A DNA stretch of 64,000 bases from assembly GCA_963795855.1 (NCBI GenBank), contig CAWCIZ010000003.1, positions 736,001 to 800,000 of the forward strand, in the 5' to 3' direction. The position numbers and the translations under genes are program-made. The notes under the pieces were generated by a model, which saw nothing but the letters and a program-made list of their open reading frames with translations, had not been told where the DNA came from and did no database searches. The first letter of the stretch is position 1; each line of letters begins with the position of its first letter. Below, in pieces: positions 41,138 to 54,000 of this stretch. The stretch is from Vulcanimicrobiota bacterium (lineage in GTDB: Bacteria; Vulcanimicrobiota; Vulcanimicrobiia; Vulcanimicrobiales; Vulcanimicrobiaceae).

Positions 41138-41810
41138 ATGCTGCCAGAGTCTGCTGGCGTGGTTTACCGGGAAAGAGCCGAACCGCCGCAAGTACCCGCG
41201 CAAGCGGAAACCGTACAGAGCGACGTTTTCGATCGATGCCGGTGCGACCCAAAAGCCGGCCATCGGACTCGACATCAGCGGCGGAGGGTTGTGCGTGCTT
41301 ACGCAAGAGCCCGTCGGAAAAGCTGAATTCGAAATACGGGCGACCATAGAATCGCGCGTGGTTCGCGTGCGCGCGAAGTCGGTCTGGCAAGACACCGTCA
41401 CGCATCAAGGCAAGTCGGTGTGGCGGTACGGCATGCGGTTCACCGGAATCTCCGCCGACGATTGGGACGCAATCATCCGCTATACCACCGACAAACCGAT
41501 CGAAGAGTCGAACAAAGCGCAGGAAGAGTTGACGACGGTGCGCATGACGCCGGACGACGCGAACCGGCTCCTTCCGACGCGGCTGCAGCAGCGCTTGCTG
41601 CAAATGCTCGTGCAGCGCCGGCGGCTTGCTCCGCTCAAGGAAAATCAAACGCCGCTCGTGCAATACTTTTACTCCGGCGTGACACGGCACGAAGGCAAGT
41701 TGGTGCACCGCCTCACGATTCAGTCCAAGGTCGTGGGCATGGAAGGCGACGAGATGTTCGAAACGCGTTTCATGTTCGACGACGGCGGCGAAAACATCAG
41801 TATTTACTAA
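41138..41810 (+). CDS. PilZ-domain c-di-GMP receptor with ~100-aa C-terminal extension (frameshift near 41144)
   Basis: RRKYPR (RxxxR) and DISGGG (DxSxxG), YGMRF; ATG CTG c CAG AGT gives MLQSLLAW after removing one base. Confidence 0.82.
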
Positions 41811-41858
41811 TTATTCGATGCTGATCATTGCGGTGCCCTCGGGGAACGCTCATGCTAG

Positions 41859-42914
<1,056 letters not shown>

Positions 42915-42926
42915 GCACGGGCGGTG

Positions 42927-43859
42927 ATGCGTGCGCTTGTCACGGGCGCAACCGGCTTCGTCGGCCGCTATTTGGTCGGCCGGCTGGCTGCGGACGAAGC
43001 GATCGTCTTCGCGGCCGGCGGCCCGCGCGAGGCCGGCGCGGATTTTCCGCTCGATTTGCTCGACGCCGATTCGTTGCACGCTGCATTCGAAATCGCGCAA
43101 CCGGACGTCGTTTTTCACTTGGCTGCGCAAGCGTTTGTTCCGCAAGCGATCGAAGCGCCCGCGGAAACGTATGAAACAAACGTGATCGGCACGGCGAATC
43201 TCTTGGCCGCACTGCGGGCATGGCGCGATCGCTGCAAGAGCGACGTGCGCGTGATCTTCGTCAGTTCGGCAGAAGTGTATGGTGCGCAGCCTCAAGAAGC
43301 CATGCCCATAACTGAATCGCGTGCGCCGAATCCCGCGAATCCGTACGCGGCGAGTAAAGCCGCAGCGGAAGCGCTGGTGCTCGGTGAGGCGCGCACGTTC
43401 GGCGTCGACGCCGTCATCACGCGCGCATTCAATCACATTGGACCTGCGCAGAATGAACGTTTCGCCGTTCCCGCATTCGCGGCGCAACTCGCGCGTATCG
43501 CCCGCGGCGCCGAGCCGGTGCTGCTGGTCGGTAATCTGCAAGCGCGGCGAGATTTCTTGGACGTGCGCGACGTCGTCGACGCCTACGCGCAACTCGCGCG
43601 CACCGGCCAAACGGGCGAAGTCTACAATGTGTGCAGCGGCGCAGCCGTCAGCATGCGCGAGATATTGGGTGAACTCGTGCGCATCGCGCACGTGCCGGTG
43701 GAAGTGCGCGAGGACCCCGCCCGCATGCGTCCCGCGGACGTGCCGGTTCTGTATGGAAGCAATGAAAAACTTCGCAGCGCCACGGGCTGGTCGCCGCGCA
43801 TACCGCTGCACAAGACGCTGCAGGACGTCTATGCGTCGTTCGACAAGCTGAACGCGTGA
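42927..43859 (+). CDS. rmd: GDP-4-keto-6-deoxy-D-mannose reductase-like SDR
   Basis: TGATGFVG, HLAAQAFVP, SSAEVYG, NPYAASK, RAFNHIGP, RDFLDVRDVV, YNVCSG; adjacent to gmd. Confidence 0.8.
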   Translation: MRALVTGATGFVGRYLVGRLAADEAIVFAAGGPREAGADFPLDLLDADSLHAAFEIAQPDVVFHLAAQAFVPQAIEAPAETYETNVIGTANLLAALRAWRDRCKSDVRVIFVSSAEVYGAQPQEAMPITESRAPNPANPYAASKAAAEALVLGEARTFGVDAVITRAFNHIGPAQNERFAVPAFAAQLARIARGAEPVLLVGNLQARRDFLDVRDVVDAYAQLARTGQTGEVYNVCSGAAVSMREILGELVRIAHVPVEVREDPARMRPADVPVLYGSNEKLRSATGWSPRIPLHKTLQDVYASFDKLNA

Positions 43860-44455
43860 CCGATCCGAGAAACGACGAACTGCAAGCGCTCGTGTTCAAA
43901 AACCGCGGCGCGCTGCTCTCCATACCCGCGCTCATGCTGGCGGCGTTCGGCAAACCGAGCGCGTTCGGCGTGACGGTGGGTTTGCCGATCGCGCTTGCGG
44001 GCGAACTGCTGCGCTGCTGGGCCGTGGGCTATTCCGGCGTGACTACGCGCGACGATCGTGTCGTTGCAGCGGAATTCACGACCGCCGGGCCGTACGCGTA
44101 CGTCCGTAATCCGCTCTACGTCGGAAATTTCATCACCGCCGCCGGCTTCGCGATCGCTTTCACCGGTGCGAACACCTTCACCCGGAAGATCGCCTTGATC
44201 GCCGCGTCGCTCGGCACGATGGCCGCGGTTTACACCGTCATCATTCCGCACGAAGAGCAGTACTTGCGTTCGCAGTTCGGCGAGCCGTACGAACGGTACT
44301 GTGCGTCGGTGCCCCAAATCGTGCCGGCACTCGAGCCCGCCGGAGAGCAGCAAGGCAGCTGGAATTCCGACGTCATCGCGCAGGCAGAAAAAAACACGTT
44401 CCTGACCTTCGGCGCGATGCTCGCCGTGCTCGCGCTCAAGGCGCTGAAGAGTTGA
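43856..44455 (+). CDS. ICMT/PEMT-family membrane methyltransferase
   Basis: GPYAYVRNPLYVGN, EEQYL..FGEPYERYC..VP. Confidence 0.85.
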   Translation: MTDPRNDELQALVFKNRGALLSIPALMLAAFGKPSAFGVTVGLPIALAGELLRCWAVGYSGVTTRDDRVVAAEFTTAGPYAYVRNPLYVGNFITAAGFAIAFTGANTFTRKIALIAASLGTMAAVYTVIIPHEEQYLRSQFGEPYERYCASVPQIVPALEPAGEQQGSWNSDVIAQAEKNTFLTFGAMLAVLALKALKS

Positions 44456-44456
44456 G

Positions 44457-45368
44457 ATGACGCCGCGCGCGCGGCTCGTCACGGCGCTCGTCATCGTCGC
44501 ATTCGTTGCGGCGCTGGAGTTCTGGGGTGGCATGCGCGCGAATTCACTCGCGCTGTTGACGGATGCGGTGCACGTCTGCATGGACGTCTTCGCACTTGCG
44601 ATCGCGTTGTTCGCGCTGCTTGGCGCTCAACGTCCCGCCACGTTGCGCAAAACGTTCGGCTATGGCCGGCTCGAAATTTTGGCCGCGATGCTCAACGCGA
44701 CCGTGCTGCTTGCAGCGACCGCGTTCATTGCGTACCAGGCGATGCAGCGTTTCTTCGTTCCGCATCGGCCGGAAGGCGCGCTCATGAGCGCGATCGCCGG
44801 CGTCGGTCTGCTGGCGAACGGCACGGTTGGCCTGATGCTGGTGGGACACGGAAAAGAAAATTTGAACCTGCGCGCCGCGCTCTTTCACGTCGCGGGTGAC
44901 GCGCTCGGCGCGTTTGCCGTCATCGTGGGCGGCGCCGTTATCGCGTCCACCGGTGCAGCCTGGATCGATCCGGCGCTCGCGCTGTTCGTTGCGGGCATCA
45001 TCGTCGCCGGCGTCGTGCGCGTGCTCCGCGATGCAGCCGACGTGCTGCTCGAAGGCGTGCCGCGCGGCATGCACGTTTCCGAAGTTCGCGACGCAATGGC
45101 GTGCGTCGCAGGCATCCAAGCGGTGCACGATCTGCACGTCTGGACGATTGGGAGCGGCGCGCTCGCGCTTTCCGCGCACATTCTGGTCAACGACAGCCGC
45201 GTCAGCGAAGCGACGGTGATGCTGCGCGAGATCGACGAGGTGCTTCGCGCGCGCTTCGGCATCACGCACGTCACGCTGCAGTTCGAGTGCGAGAATTGCC
45301 AGCCGGACGAGCGCATCGTCTGCACGCAGTCTTTGCCGCAAGGGGAAGCAAGCGCCCACCGACCTTAG
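44457..45368 (+). CDS. Cation diffusion facilitator (CzcD/ZitB-like)
   Basis: SLALLTDAVH..D, TFGYGRLE, HVAGD, VHDLHVW, HVTLQFE. Confidence 0.93.
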   Translation: MTPRARLVTALVIVAFVAALEFWGGMRANSLALLTDAVHVCMDVFALAIALFALLGAQRPATLRKTFGYGRLEILAAMLNATVLLAATAFIAYQAMQRFFVPHRPEGALMSAIAGVGLLANGTVGLMLVGHGKENLNLRAALFHVAGDALGAFAVIVGGAVIASTGAAWIDPALALFVAGIIVAGVVRVLRDAADVLLEGVPRGMHVSEVRDAMACVAGIQAVHDLHVWTIGSGALALSAHILVNDSRVSEATVMLREIDEVLRARFGITHVTLQFECENCQPDERIVCTQSLPQGEASAHRP

Positions 45369-45412
45369 TCGCATCAGGAACGCTCGCGCACTTCCTCGAA
45401 TCGTCCCGGGCT

Positions 45413-46758
45413 ATGACTTCGACGAACTCCAAAGCGGTAGTGCTGGCAACGGCGCGCACGCCGTTCGGCCGCCTGGGTGGAACTCTCGCCCCGCTGGAAG
45501 CAACCACGCTCGGCGCAGCCGCGGTGGTTGCAGCGATTCAACGCTCCGGTATCGATCCGGCGGCGCTCGAGCACATCATCATGGGGCAGGTGCTGCAGGC
45601 GGGCGCCGGCCAGAATCCCGCGCGGCAAGTCGGATTCAAAAGCGGTCTGGCCAAGACGGTGACGGCGGAAACCGTCAACAAGGTTTGCGCTTCCGGACTG
45701 CTCGCGGTCGTGAACGCGGCGCGCTTGGTGAACGAAGGCAGCAATGAAGCCGTCGTCGCGGGCGGTATGGAGTCGATGTCCAACGCGCCGTACATTTTGA
45801 AAGACGCGCGCTCCGGTTATCGTTTCGGCGACGGCCGTCTGATCGATGCGATGATTCACGACGGCCTCTGGGATTACTATTTCCCGATGACGATGGCGAC
45901 GCAAGGATCGAAAGTCGCCGGCGAACTCGGCCTTTCACGCGAAGAACAGGATCGTTTCGCGTACGAAAGCCATCGACGCGCCGCGCAAGCGCAGCAGAGC
46001 GGAAAACTTGCGGAAGAAATTGTGCCGGTCCGCGTCGCAAGCAAAGCGAAAGGCAAAATCGTCGTCGACAAACTGCCCGAGCCGGCGCGCGCGCGCGTGC
46101 CCGTCGCTGCCGGAAGTTCCGCCGCCGCTGCGGATGACGTGTGGGCGCACGAGCCTTCGGCGGAATTTACGCTCGACTACGCGCAGTGGGCGCCGTTCAT
46201 CACGGGCGAGGCCGCGCATACCACGCTGGACCGCGACGAATCCGTTCGCGCCGACGCGAGTTTGGAAACGATGGCGAAGCTCAAACCGCTCGAAAAAAAT
46301 GGAACGGTTACCGCGGGAAACGCGCCGGGCGTCAACGACGGCGCGGGAGCGGTCGTGCTCGCGAGTGCTGAATTCGCGCGGTCGCACGGAGTCAAACCGA
46401 TCGCATCGATTCTCGATCACGCGACCGTCGGCTGGGACTCGCCGTATATCGCGCTGACGCCGGCGATGGCGGCGCAGCGGCTGCTGGCAAAAGCCGGCCT
46501 GAGCAGCCGATCAGATCGACGTGTGGGAAATCAATGAGGCGTTTTCGGCGGTCGCGATCACTTCGGCGCGCAAACTCGGACTCGATCCCGAGGCGATTAA
46601 CAAATACGGCGGCGCCGTCGCAATGGGTCATCCCATCGGCGCATCCGGCGCGCGTTTGGTCGGCACCGTGATTAATCAGCTGCGGGCGCGCGGCGGCGGT
46701 CTCGGCGTCGCGGCGATCTGCAGCGGCGGCGGGCAGGGCGACGCGCTGTTGATTCGCG

Positions 46759-46766
<8 letters not shown>
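45413..46766 (+). CDS. Acetyl-CoA C-acyltransferase (thiolase) with internal ~50-aa insertion (frameshift near 46505)
   Basis: RTPFG, NKVCASG, GGMESMS, TAGNAPGVNDGA, EINEAF, GHPIGASG, CSGGGQG. Confidence 0.93.
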
Positions 46767-47605
<839 letters not shown>

Positions 47606-47613
<8 letters not shown>

Positions 47614-48774
47614 CGCCGTCGCAGCGCAGCCGGCGGCGTTCGACCTAACAGACGAACAGCGCCAGGTTGGCGACCTGGCCGCGGAGATCGCTCAGCGCGA
47701 GATCGCGCCGCACATCGCGCAGTGGGATCGCGAGCACACGTTTTCGCGCGGCCTGTATAGCAAACTCACCGCCGCGGGAATTATGGGTCTGCTCATCCCC
47801 GAAGAATTCGGCGGCGCGGGCGCCGATTACGTGTCGTATGCACGCGCAATCGAAGAACTCGCGCGCGTCGACGCGGGGACCGCCGTAACGGTGTCGGTGC
47901 ACTCGATGATCTGCATGGCGATTCTCAAACTCGGCAACGCCGAGCAGAAGCGCGCGTACCTGCCTAAACTCGCGCAGGACGACACGATCGCCGGCTTCGC
48001 GCTTACCGAGCCCGACGCCGGTTCGGATGCCGCGAACATCCGCGGCACGGCAAAACGCGTACCGGGCGGCTACGTGCTGAACGGCCGCAAACAATGGTGC
48101 ACGAACGGCAGACTACTCGACCGTCCTGATGGGCATGTTTCGAACCGGCGGAGCCGGCCCGAAAGGCGTGAGCGCGTTTCTGATCGACAACGACTTGCCC
48201 GGCGTCGCCGTCGAACGCGTGACCGAAAAGCTGGGCATTCACACGAGCAACACGTGCGACGTCGCATTCGATAACGTCACCGTTCCCGAAGCCGCGCTGC
48301 TCGGCGAAGAAGGCGGCGGTTTCAGCAACGCGATGACGGCGCTCACCGGCGGCCGAATCGGCATCGCGGCGCAAGCCTGCGGAATTCTGTCGGCATGTTT
48401 GGACGCGTCGGTGAAATTCGCTCGAGAACGCGTCGCGTTCGGCAAACCGATCGGCGCGTTTGAAGGCATCGCGTTCAAGATCGCGCAGATGGGGACGGAT
48501 CTCGATGCTGCGCGTCTTCTGACGTATCGGGCCGCGGCGCTCTACGACGCGGGAAGACCGTTCGCGACGGAAGGCAGCAAAGCCAAGTACTTCGCTTCGA
48601 CCGCCGCGCGCAAACACGCCGCCGAAGCGATTCAAATTCACGGCGGTTACGGCTATACCACCGAATTTCCCGTCGAGCGCTACTATCGCGACGCGAAGAT
48701 CACTGAAATCTACGAAGGCACGTCGGAGATTCAGCAGACTCATCATCTCGCGTGCCTATTTGGGAAAATTGTAA
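47606..48774 (+). CDS. Short-chain acyl-CoA dehydrogenase (frameshifts near 48110 and 48737)
   Basis: FALTEPDAGSD, LNGRKQW, KLGI, GRIGIAAQ, IQIHGGYGY, YRDAKITEIYEGTSEIQ. Confidence 0.93.
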
Positions 48775-48884
48775 TACCCGTAGCGGTCAGGTTTGTCGAA
48801 CATGCCGCCGGACCACCGAAGCGCCCCAGCAGCGAAGCATTCACGACCTCAACGTAAATCGAAAGACGAGTCGCAAGTATATAT

Positions 48885-50051
48885 ATGAACCTGATGGAGT
48901 ATCAGGGAAAGGAATTGTTCCGGCGTGCCGGCATTCCCGTTCCCCGCAGTCAACACGTCACTACGGCCGATCAAGCGGCGCGCTATGTCGGTCAAAATCC
49001 CGGTAATTGGGTCGTCAAGGCGCAAGTCTTGATGGGCGGACGCGGCAAAGCCGGAAAGATCCAGTTCGCGAAAACTGCGGACGAAGCGCGCGCGAAAGCT
49101 TCGGACATCATGGCGACGCCGATGCCGCCGAACCGGCAAAACCCGAAAGGCGAACCGATCAACTCGCTGCTGATCGAAGAAACGCTCGCGGTCGCGAAAG
49201 AAGCATACGCGGCCATCGCCATCGATCGCACGACGAAGAAACCCGTCATTATGGTCAGCGCCTTCGGCGGTATGGACATCGAAGAAGTCGCCGACAAACA
49301 TCCCGACTCCATCGCGAAAGCGTTCGTGGATGTCGCGGGCGGGTACTGGCCCTACATCGGCCGCGATCTCGCATTCAAGGCGAACCTCGATCCCGGCTAT
49401 CGCAAAGCGCTTCCGTCGGTTCTTGCCGGGCTGTACGATCTGTTCTTCCGCTACGGCGCAAAACTCGTCGAGATAAATCCCCTCGTGCTGACCGAAGACG
49501 GCCGCGTGATAGCAGCCGACGCGAAGGTGGAACTCGACGACGACGCGCTCTTCAAAAATTCCGAATTCAAAGAGTGGCAAACGACGCTGCCGCTCGACGA
49601 AGACGAAACGCTCGCGACGAAAGCCGGCTTGGGCATTCGGAACTTTCGCCGCTTCGAGGGCACCGTCGGAACGATGGCCAACGGCGCGGGCCTGGCGATG
49701 GGCACGATGGATGCGGTGAAGAATGCCGGCGGCGCGTTCGCGAATTTTCTCGACGTGGGCGGCGGCGCTGACGCCGAACGCGTGCGTAACTGCTACGAAC
49801 TGGTGATGAATCACACGGACGCGAAGGCGTTCTTCATCAACATCTTCGGCGGCATCACGCGCTGCGACGAAGTGGCCAAGGGCATCGTCGAAGCGCTGCG
49901 CACGACGACTTCGCGCAAAGTGCCGCTCGTGATCCGCTTGACCGGCACGAACGAACAAGAGGGCCGGCGCATTCTCGCCGACGCAGGCATGACGCCGGTG
50001 GAAACGATGGACGAAGGCGCGGCCGAAGCCGTGAAGCTCGCGAAGGGTTGA
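48885..50051 (+). CDS. sucC: Succinyl-CoA synthetase beta subunit
   Basis: MNLMEYQGKEL, VKAQV..GGRGKAG, EINPL, NGAGLAM, ANFLDVGGGA, NIFGGITRCD, RLTGTN. Confidence 0.96.
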   Translation: MNLMEYQGKELFRRAGIPVPRSQHVTTADQAARYVGQNPGNWVVKAQVLMGGRGKAGKIQFAKTADEARAKASDIMATPMPPNRQNPKGEPINSLLIEETLAVAKEAYAAIAIDRTTKKPVIMVSAFGGMDIEEVADKHPDSIAKAFVDVAGGYWPYIGRDLAFKANLDPGYRKALPSVLAGLYDLFFRYGAKLVEINPLVLTEDGRVIAADAKVELDDDALFKNSEFKEWQTTLPLDEDETLATKAGLGIRNFRRFEGTVGTMANGAGLAMGTMDAVKNAGGAFANFLDVGGGADAERVRNCYELVMNHTDAKAFFINIFGGITRCDEVAKGIVEALRTTTSRKVPLVIRLTGTNEQEGRRILADAGMTPVETMDEGAAEAVKLAKG

Positions 50052-50052
50052 T

Positions 50053-50931
50053 ATGTCGATTTTTCTAGACAAGAACAGCAAAGTGATCGTGCAAGGCATC
50101 ACCGGCGGTGAAGGCTCGTATCACACCGGACGGATGCTGGACTACGGCACGAAGATCGTCGGCGGTGTGACGCCGGGTAAAGGCGGTCAGAAGTCCGCGC
50201 ACGGTTTGCCCGTGTTCAACACCGTGCAGGAAGCAGTCGACGCTACCGGCGCGACGCACACGTGCATCTTCGTTCCGCCGCCGTTCGCCGCGGACGCCTT
50301 GTTCGAAGCGCACGCTGCCGGCATCGGATTCGCCGTGTGCATCACCGAAGGGGTGCCCGTGCACGACGTCCTCAGAGTAGTCGCAGCCACGCCCGGCATG
50401 CGTATCATCGGACCGAACTGTCCGGGGCTCATCTCTCCGGGCAAATCCTCGATCGGCATCATGCCCGGGCACGTCTTCAAGGAAGGCAACGTCGGCGTCG
50501 TGTCGCGTTCGGGGACGCTCACGTACGAGGTCGTCGATCTGCTCACGCGCGCCGGCTTCGGACAGTCGACCGCTGTCGGCATCGGCGGCGATCCCATCAT
50601 CGGAACGACGTTCGTGGACTGCTTGCGCGAGTTCAAGAACGACTCCCAGACGGAGGCGCTGGTGCTCTGCGGCGAGATCGGCGGATCCGACGAAGAAGAC
50701 GCTGCCGCCTTCATCAAAGAGCACATGCCCGGCGTGCCGATCGTCGCGTTCATCGGCGGCCGCAACGCGCCCCCGGGCAAATCGCTCGGCCACGCCGGCG
50801 CGATCATCTCCGGGAAATTCGGGACGCCGCAAAGCAAGATCGACGCCTTCAAGGCCTCGGGAGTTCCGGTGGCGGATCGGCCGTCGGAAATTCCGGGGCT
50901 GCTGGCGCAGCGGATGCCTGCGAACGTCTGA
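50053..50931 (+). CDS. sucD: Succinyl-CoA synthetase alpha subunit
   Basis: VQGITG, GGVTPGKGG, IGPNCPG, SRSGTLTYE, GIGGDP, GEIGG, GHAGA. Confidence 0.96.
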   Translation: MSIFLDKNSKVIVQGITGGEGSYHTGRMLDYGTKIVGGVTPGKGGQKSAHGLPVFNTVQEAVDATGATHTCIFVPPPFAADALFEAHAAGIGFAVCITEGVPVHDVLRVVAATPGMRIIGPNCPGLISPGKSSIGIMPGHVFKEGNVGVVSRSGTLTYEVVDLLTRAGFGQSTAVGIGGDPIIGTTFVDCLREFKNDSQTEALVLCGEIGGSDEEDAAAFIKEHMPGVPIVAFIGGRNAPPGKSLGHAGAIISGKFGTPQSKIDAFKASGVPVADRPSEIPGLLAQRMPANV

Positions 50932-50954
50932 TTCCGTCACGGCCGGCACCCTTT

Positions 50955-50986
50955 AGGCGTACACACTACGTGTGCGCCTTTTTCTT
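50955..50986 (+). terminator. Intrinsic terminator after sucD
   Basis: AGGCGTACAC-ACTAC-GTGTGCGCCT followed by TTTTCTT. Confidence 0.75.
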
Positions 50987-51005
50987 GGCGCTGCCAGGAC
51001 TCGAA

Positions 51006-51054
51006 GCAACGGCACTGTAAGGCGTTGCACAAACAACTCGTCCCCTTACGGAGG
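51006..51054 (+). promoter_or_regulatory. Candidate H-type pseudoknot overlapping the RBS of receptor 1
   Basis: P1 GCAACG/CGTTGC; loop CTGTAAGG complementary to CCTTACGG, which includes the first two G of GGAGG. Confidence 0.35.
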
Positions 51055-51058
51055 CACT

Positions 51059-54000
51059 ATGCCACAATCGAAGAGATTCCGGCATGTGTTGGCAGCCGTG
51101 GTACTCCTCGTCGCAATGCTTGCCCAGGGAACATGGGCACTGGCGGGCACGACGGGCGGTATCAGCGGCACCGTCGTGGACACCGAAACGCAGGCACCGA
51201 TCGCGAACGCGCGAGTGACTGCAGCCTCACCGTCGCAGACGGCCACGACGCAGACCGACGCAACCGGTCACTTTACATTTTTATCGCTTACTCCCGACAC
51301 GTACACGGTGTCGGCCGACAAAGACCAATACGATGCCATGAGTCAAGCCGGCATCACCGTATTCGCGGACGCGACGCAAAACGTTGCGATCGCGATGCAC
51401 AAAACGCTCAAAACCATCGCGCGCGTCACCTCGAAGGCCGCGGGCAGTTTGGTGAAGAGCGGCACGACCGCCGACGTCTATTCCGTCAACTCCGCAACGC
51501 AGGACAAAATCAATGCGCTCGGCGGCGGCGGAAATCTCAATAGCGCGTATGCCGCGGTCGCATCGGTTCCGGGAGCGGTCATGCCGCTCAATCAAGCCGG
51601 CTATTTCCAAACCGTCCACATTCGCGGCGGCGACTACGATCAAGTCGGCTACGAGTTCGACGGCGTGCCGGTAAACCGCTCATTCGACAACTATCCCTCC
51701 GGGCAATTGTCTTCGCTGGGCATGTCGGAACTGCAAGTCTACACGGGCGCGACGCCCGCGAACTCCGAAGGCCAAGGCCTCGCCGGTTACATCAATCAAG
51801 TCATCAAGTCCGGCACGTATCCCGGATTCGGAACGGTGACCGCGGGCATCGGCGCGCCCGTGTTCTACCACAAACTTTCCGCCGAAGTCGGCGGCGCGAC
51901 GCCGAACCGCTTGTTCTCGTACTATCTCGGGATCGGCGGCTACGATCAGGACTTCCGTTACATCAGTCAAGACAACGGCATCGCCTACAGCGATCCGTAT
52001 TCGGGTTACGGTCCGGTCGTAGTCGGGCTTACTCCGGCCGCCGGCTGCAGCGATCCGAGCGCCGTCAACTACACGGAATGCTACGCAAACTACAACGTCA
52101 ACGGCAGCTATGCCGGTCCGGGCGGATTCTTACTCGGGCCGTACAACTGGCTCGCGCCGTCGAGCATCTTCGACCGCGACGTCGTCGTCAATTTGCACTT
52201 CGGCATCCCGCATCACAACGATTCCGGACGCGACGACGTACAGCTGCTCTGGGATTCCGGCATGCTGCTCAACGGCTTCTACGAGGCCGTGAACGACATT
52301 CCGGGCGGCAACGCGGCGTTCTCACCAAACTCGGACGATCCGGGGCCGATCAGCTACATCGATTCGTACCAGTGGAACGGCCCGGTCGGCACGCTGTTGC
52401 CGGCCAATCCGTCGCAGTACGTCTCGCCGTATCTGTATCCGGCTTCGCCGCCGCACGCGCCGAACAGTTTGAACGTCAATCCGAATCAGCGCGATTCGAT
52501 CTTCAACAATCAGGAAATCGTCAAACTGCAGTACCAGAAGAACTTCGGTTCGGATGCCTACTTGCGGCTCTACGGCTACACGTACTACTCGGACTGGTTG
52601 CAGACGGGTCCGGTCTGCGCGTACCTGAACTACAACTGTTTCGTTTCGCCCGATTACGAACTGAGTTCGCACACGCGCGGCGCGTCTGCGACGTTCGCGG
52701 ACCAGCTCAACGCGCAGCATTTGCTGACGATCGAAGGCAACTACACGACGGCCGACTCGATTCGCGACAACAACACGCAGATGTTCAACGGCGGCGGGAG
52801 CCGCAGCCTGGGCGCGATCTTGGTGAGTTCGGCCAATCCCACCGCGGGCTACTGCTACAATACGGGCACTGCGACGACGCCCGGCGGCACGACGTTAGCG
52901 CCGGTATCGTGCGATCAGAGCAACGCCTCGTACATCCCGTGGAGCTGCTTGGCGGACTCGACGTGCGTCAGCCCGCTGCAAGCTGCTGCGCCGGGCTTCA
53001 CCTGCGGCGGTGCGCCGTGCGCGTATCTCGTTGCGGAAAACAGCCTCTACGCAACCTACAACAAGGTCGTGCCGAAGTTCAGTTCGGTTTCGCTGCAAGA
53101 CCAGTGGCGTCCGAACGACCGATGGCTCTTCAACCTTGGCTTGCGTGAAGATCGCTTTGAATTCGACGGACAAAGCACGGGTCCCAACGACCCCGCGCGT
53201 CAATTCTGGTTCAACGCGTTCAACCTCGACAATTGCGTCGCGGCCGACGGCTTCACGCTCGTGAGCGCGACCTCGCCGGGCGTCTGTCCTGCGGGAACCA
53301 GCGCGGCGCAAATGTCGAACCCGTCGAATCAGGTTAACTCCTACAACGTGTTTCAGCCGCGCGTGTCTGGAACGTACACGCTCAGCCCGAACACGGTGCT
53401 GCGTTTCAGCGCCGGCAAATACGTCGAGCCTCCGAACACGGCGTACGAGCAATATAATACGCTGCAGGAAAACCTCGCCGGATATCTGGGTCCGAAATTC
53501 TACAAATTCGGATTCACGACGCCGGCACACGCAGTGCGTCCTCCGACCTCGGACAACTTCGACGTTTCGTGGGAGCAGCAGCTGAAGGGCGGATGGTCTT
53601 TCAAACTCACGCCGTTCTATCGCAAGACGAAAGACCAGATCCAGAACTTCTTCCTCGATCAAGCGACGGGATTCATTTCCGGTTTGAACGTCGGACGGCA
53701 AACCAGCGAAGGCGTGGAGTTCCAACTGCAGAAGGGCGACTTCAACGCGAACGGTCTTTCGGGGCTGGTCTCGCTGACGTACACGCACAGTGACATCAAC
53801 TACGGCACGCTTTCGAACGGCTCGACGATCGTTTCGCAGATCAACGGCGACATCCAAACGTACAACGCGTACACGTCGTTCTGCGCGGCGAACCCGACCG
53901 ATTCGCGCTGCGGCACGACGAGCAGCGGCGTTACCGCAGCGCCGTGTTACGTCGCAACCACGGATTCGACGGGTGCGATCACGGGAGCCAATCCCGCAGC

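Noticed and set aside
50944..51028. Sigma54 promoter upstream of receptor 1
   Set aside because: GGCAC..TTGC spacing at 51011-51028 is wrong; the GG-N10-GC match near 50945 is poor and lies upstream of the terminator.
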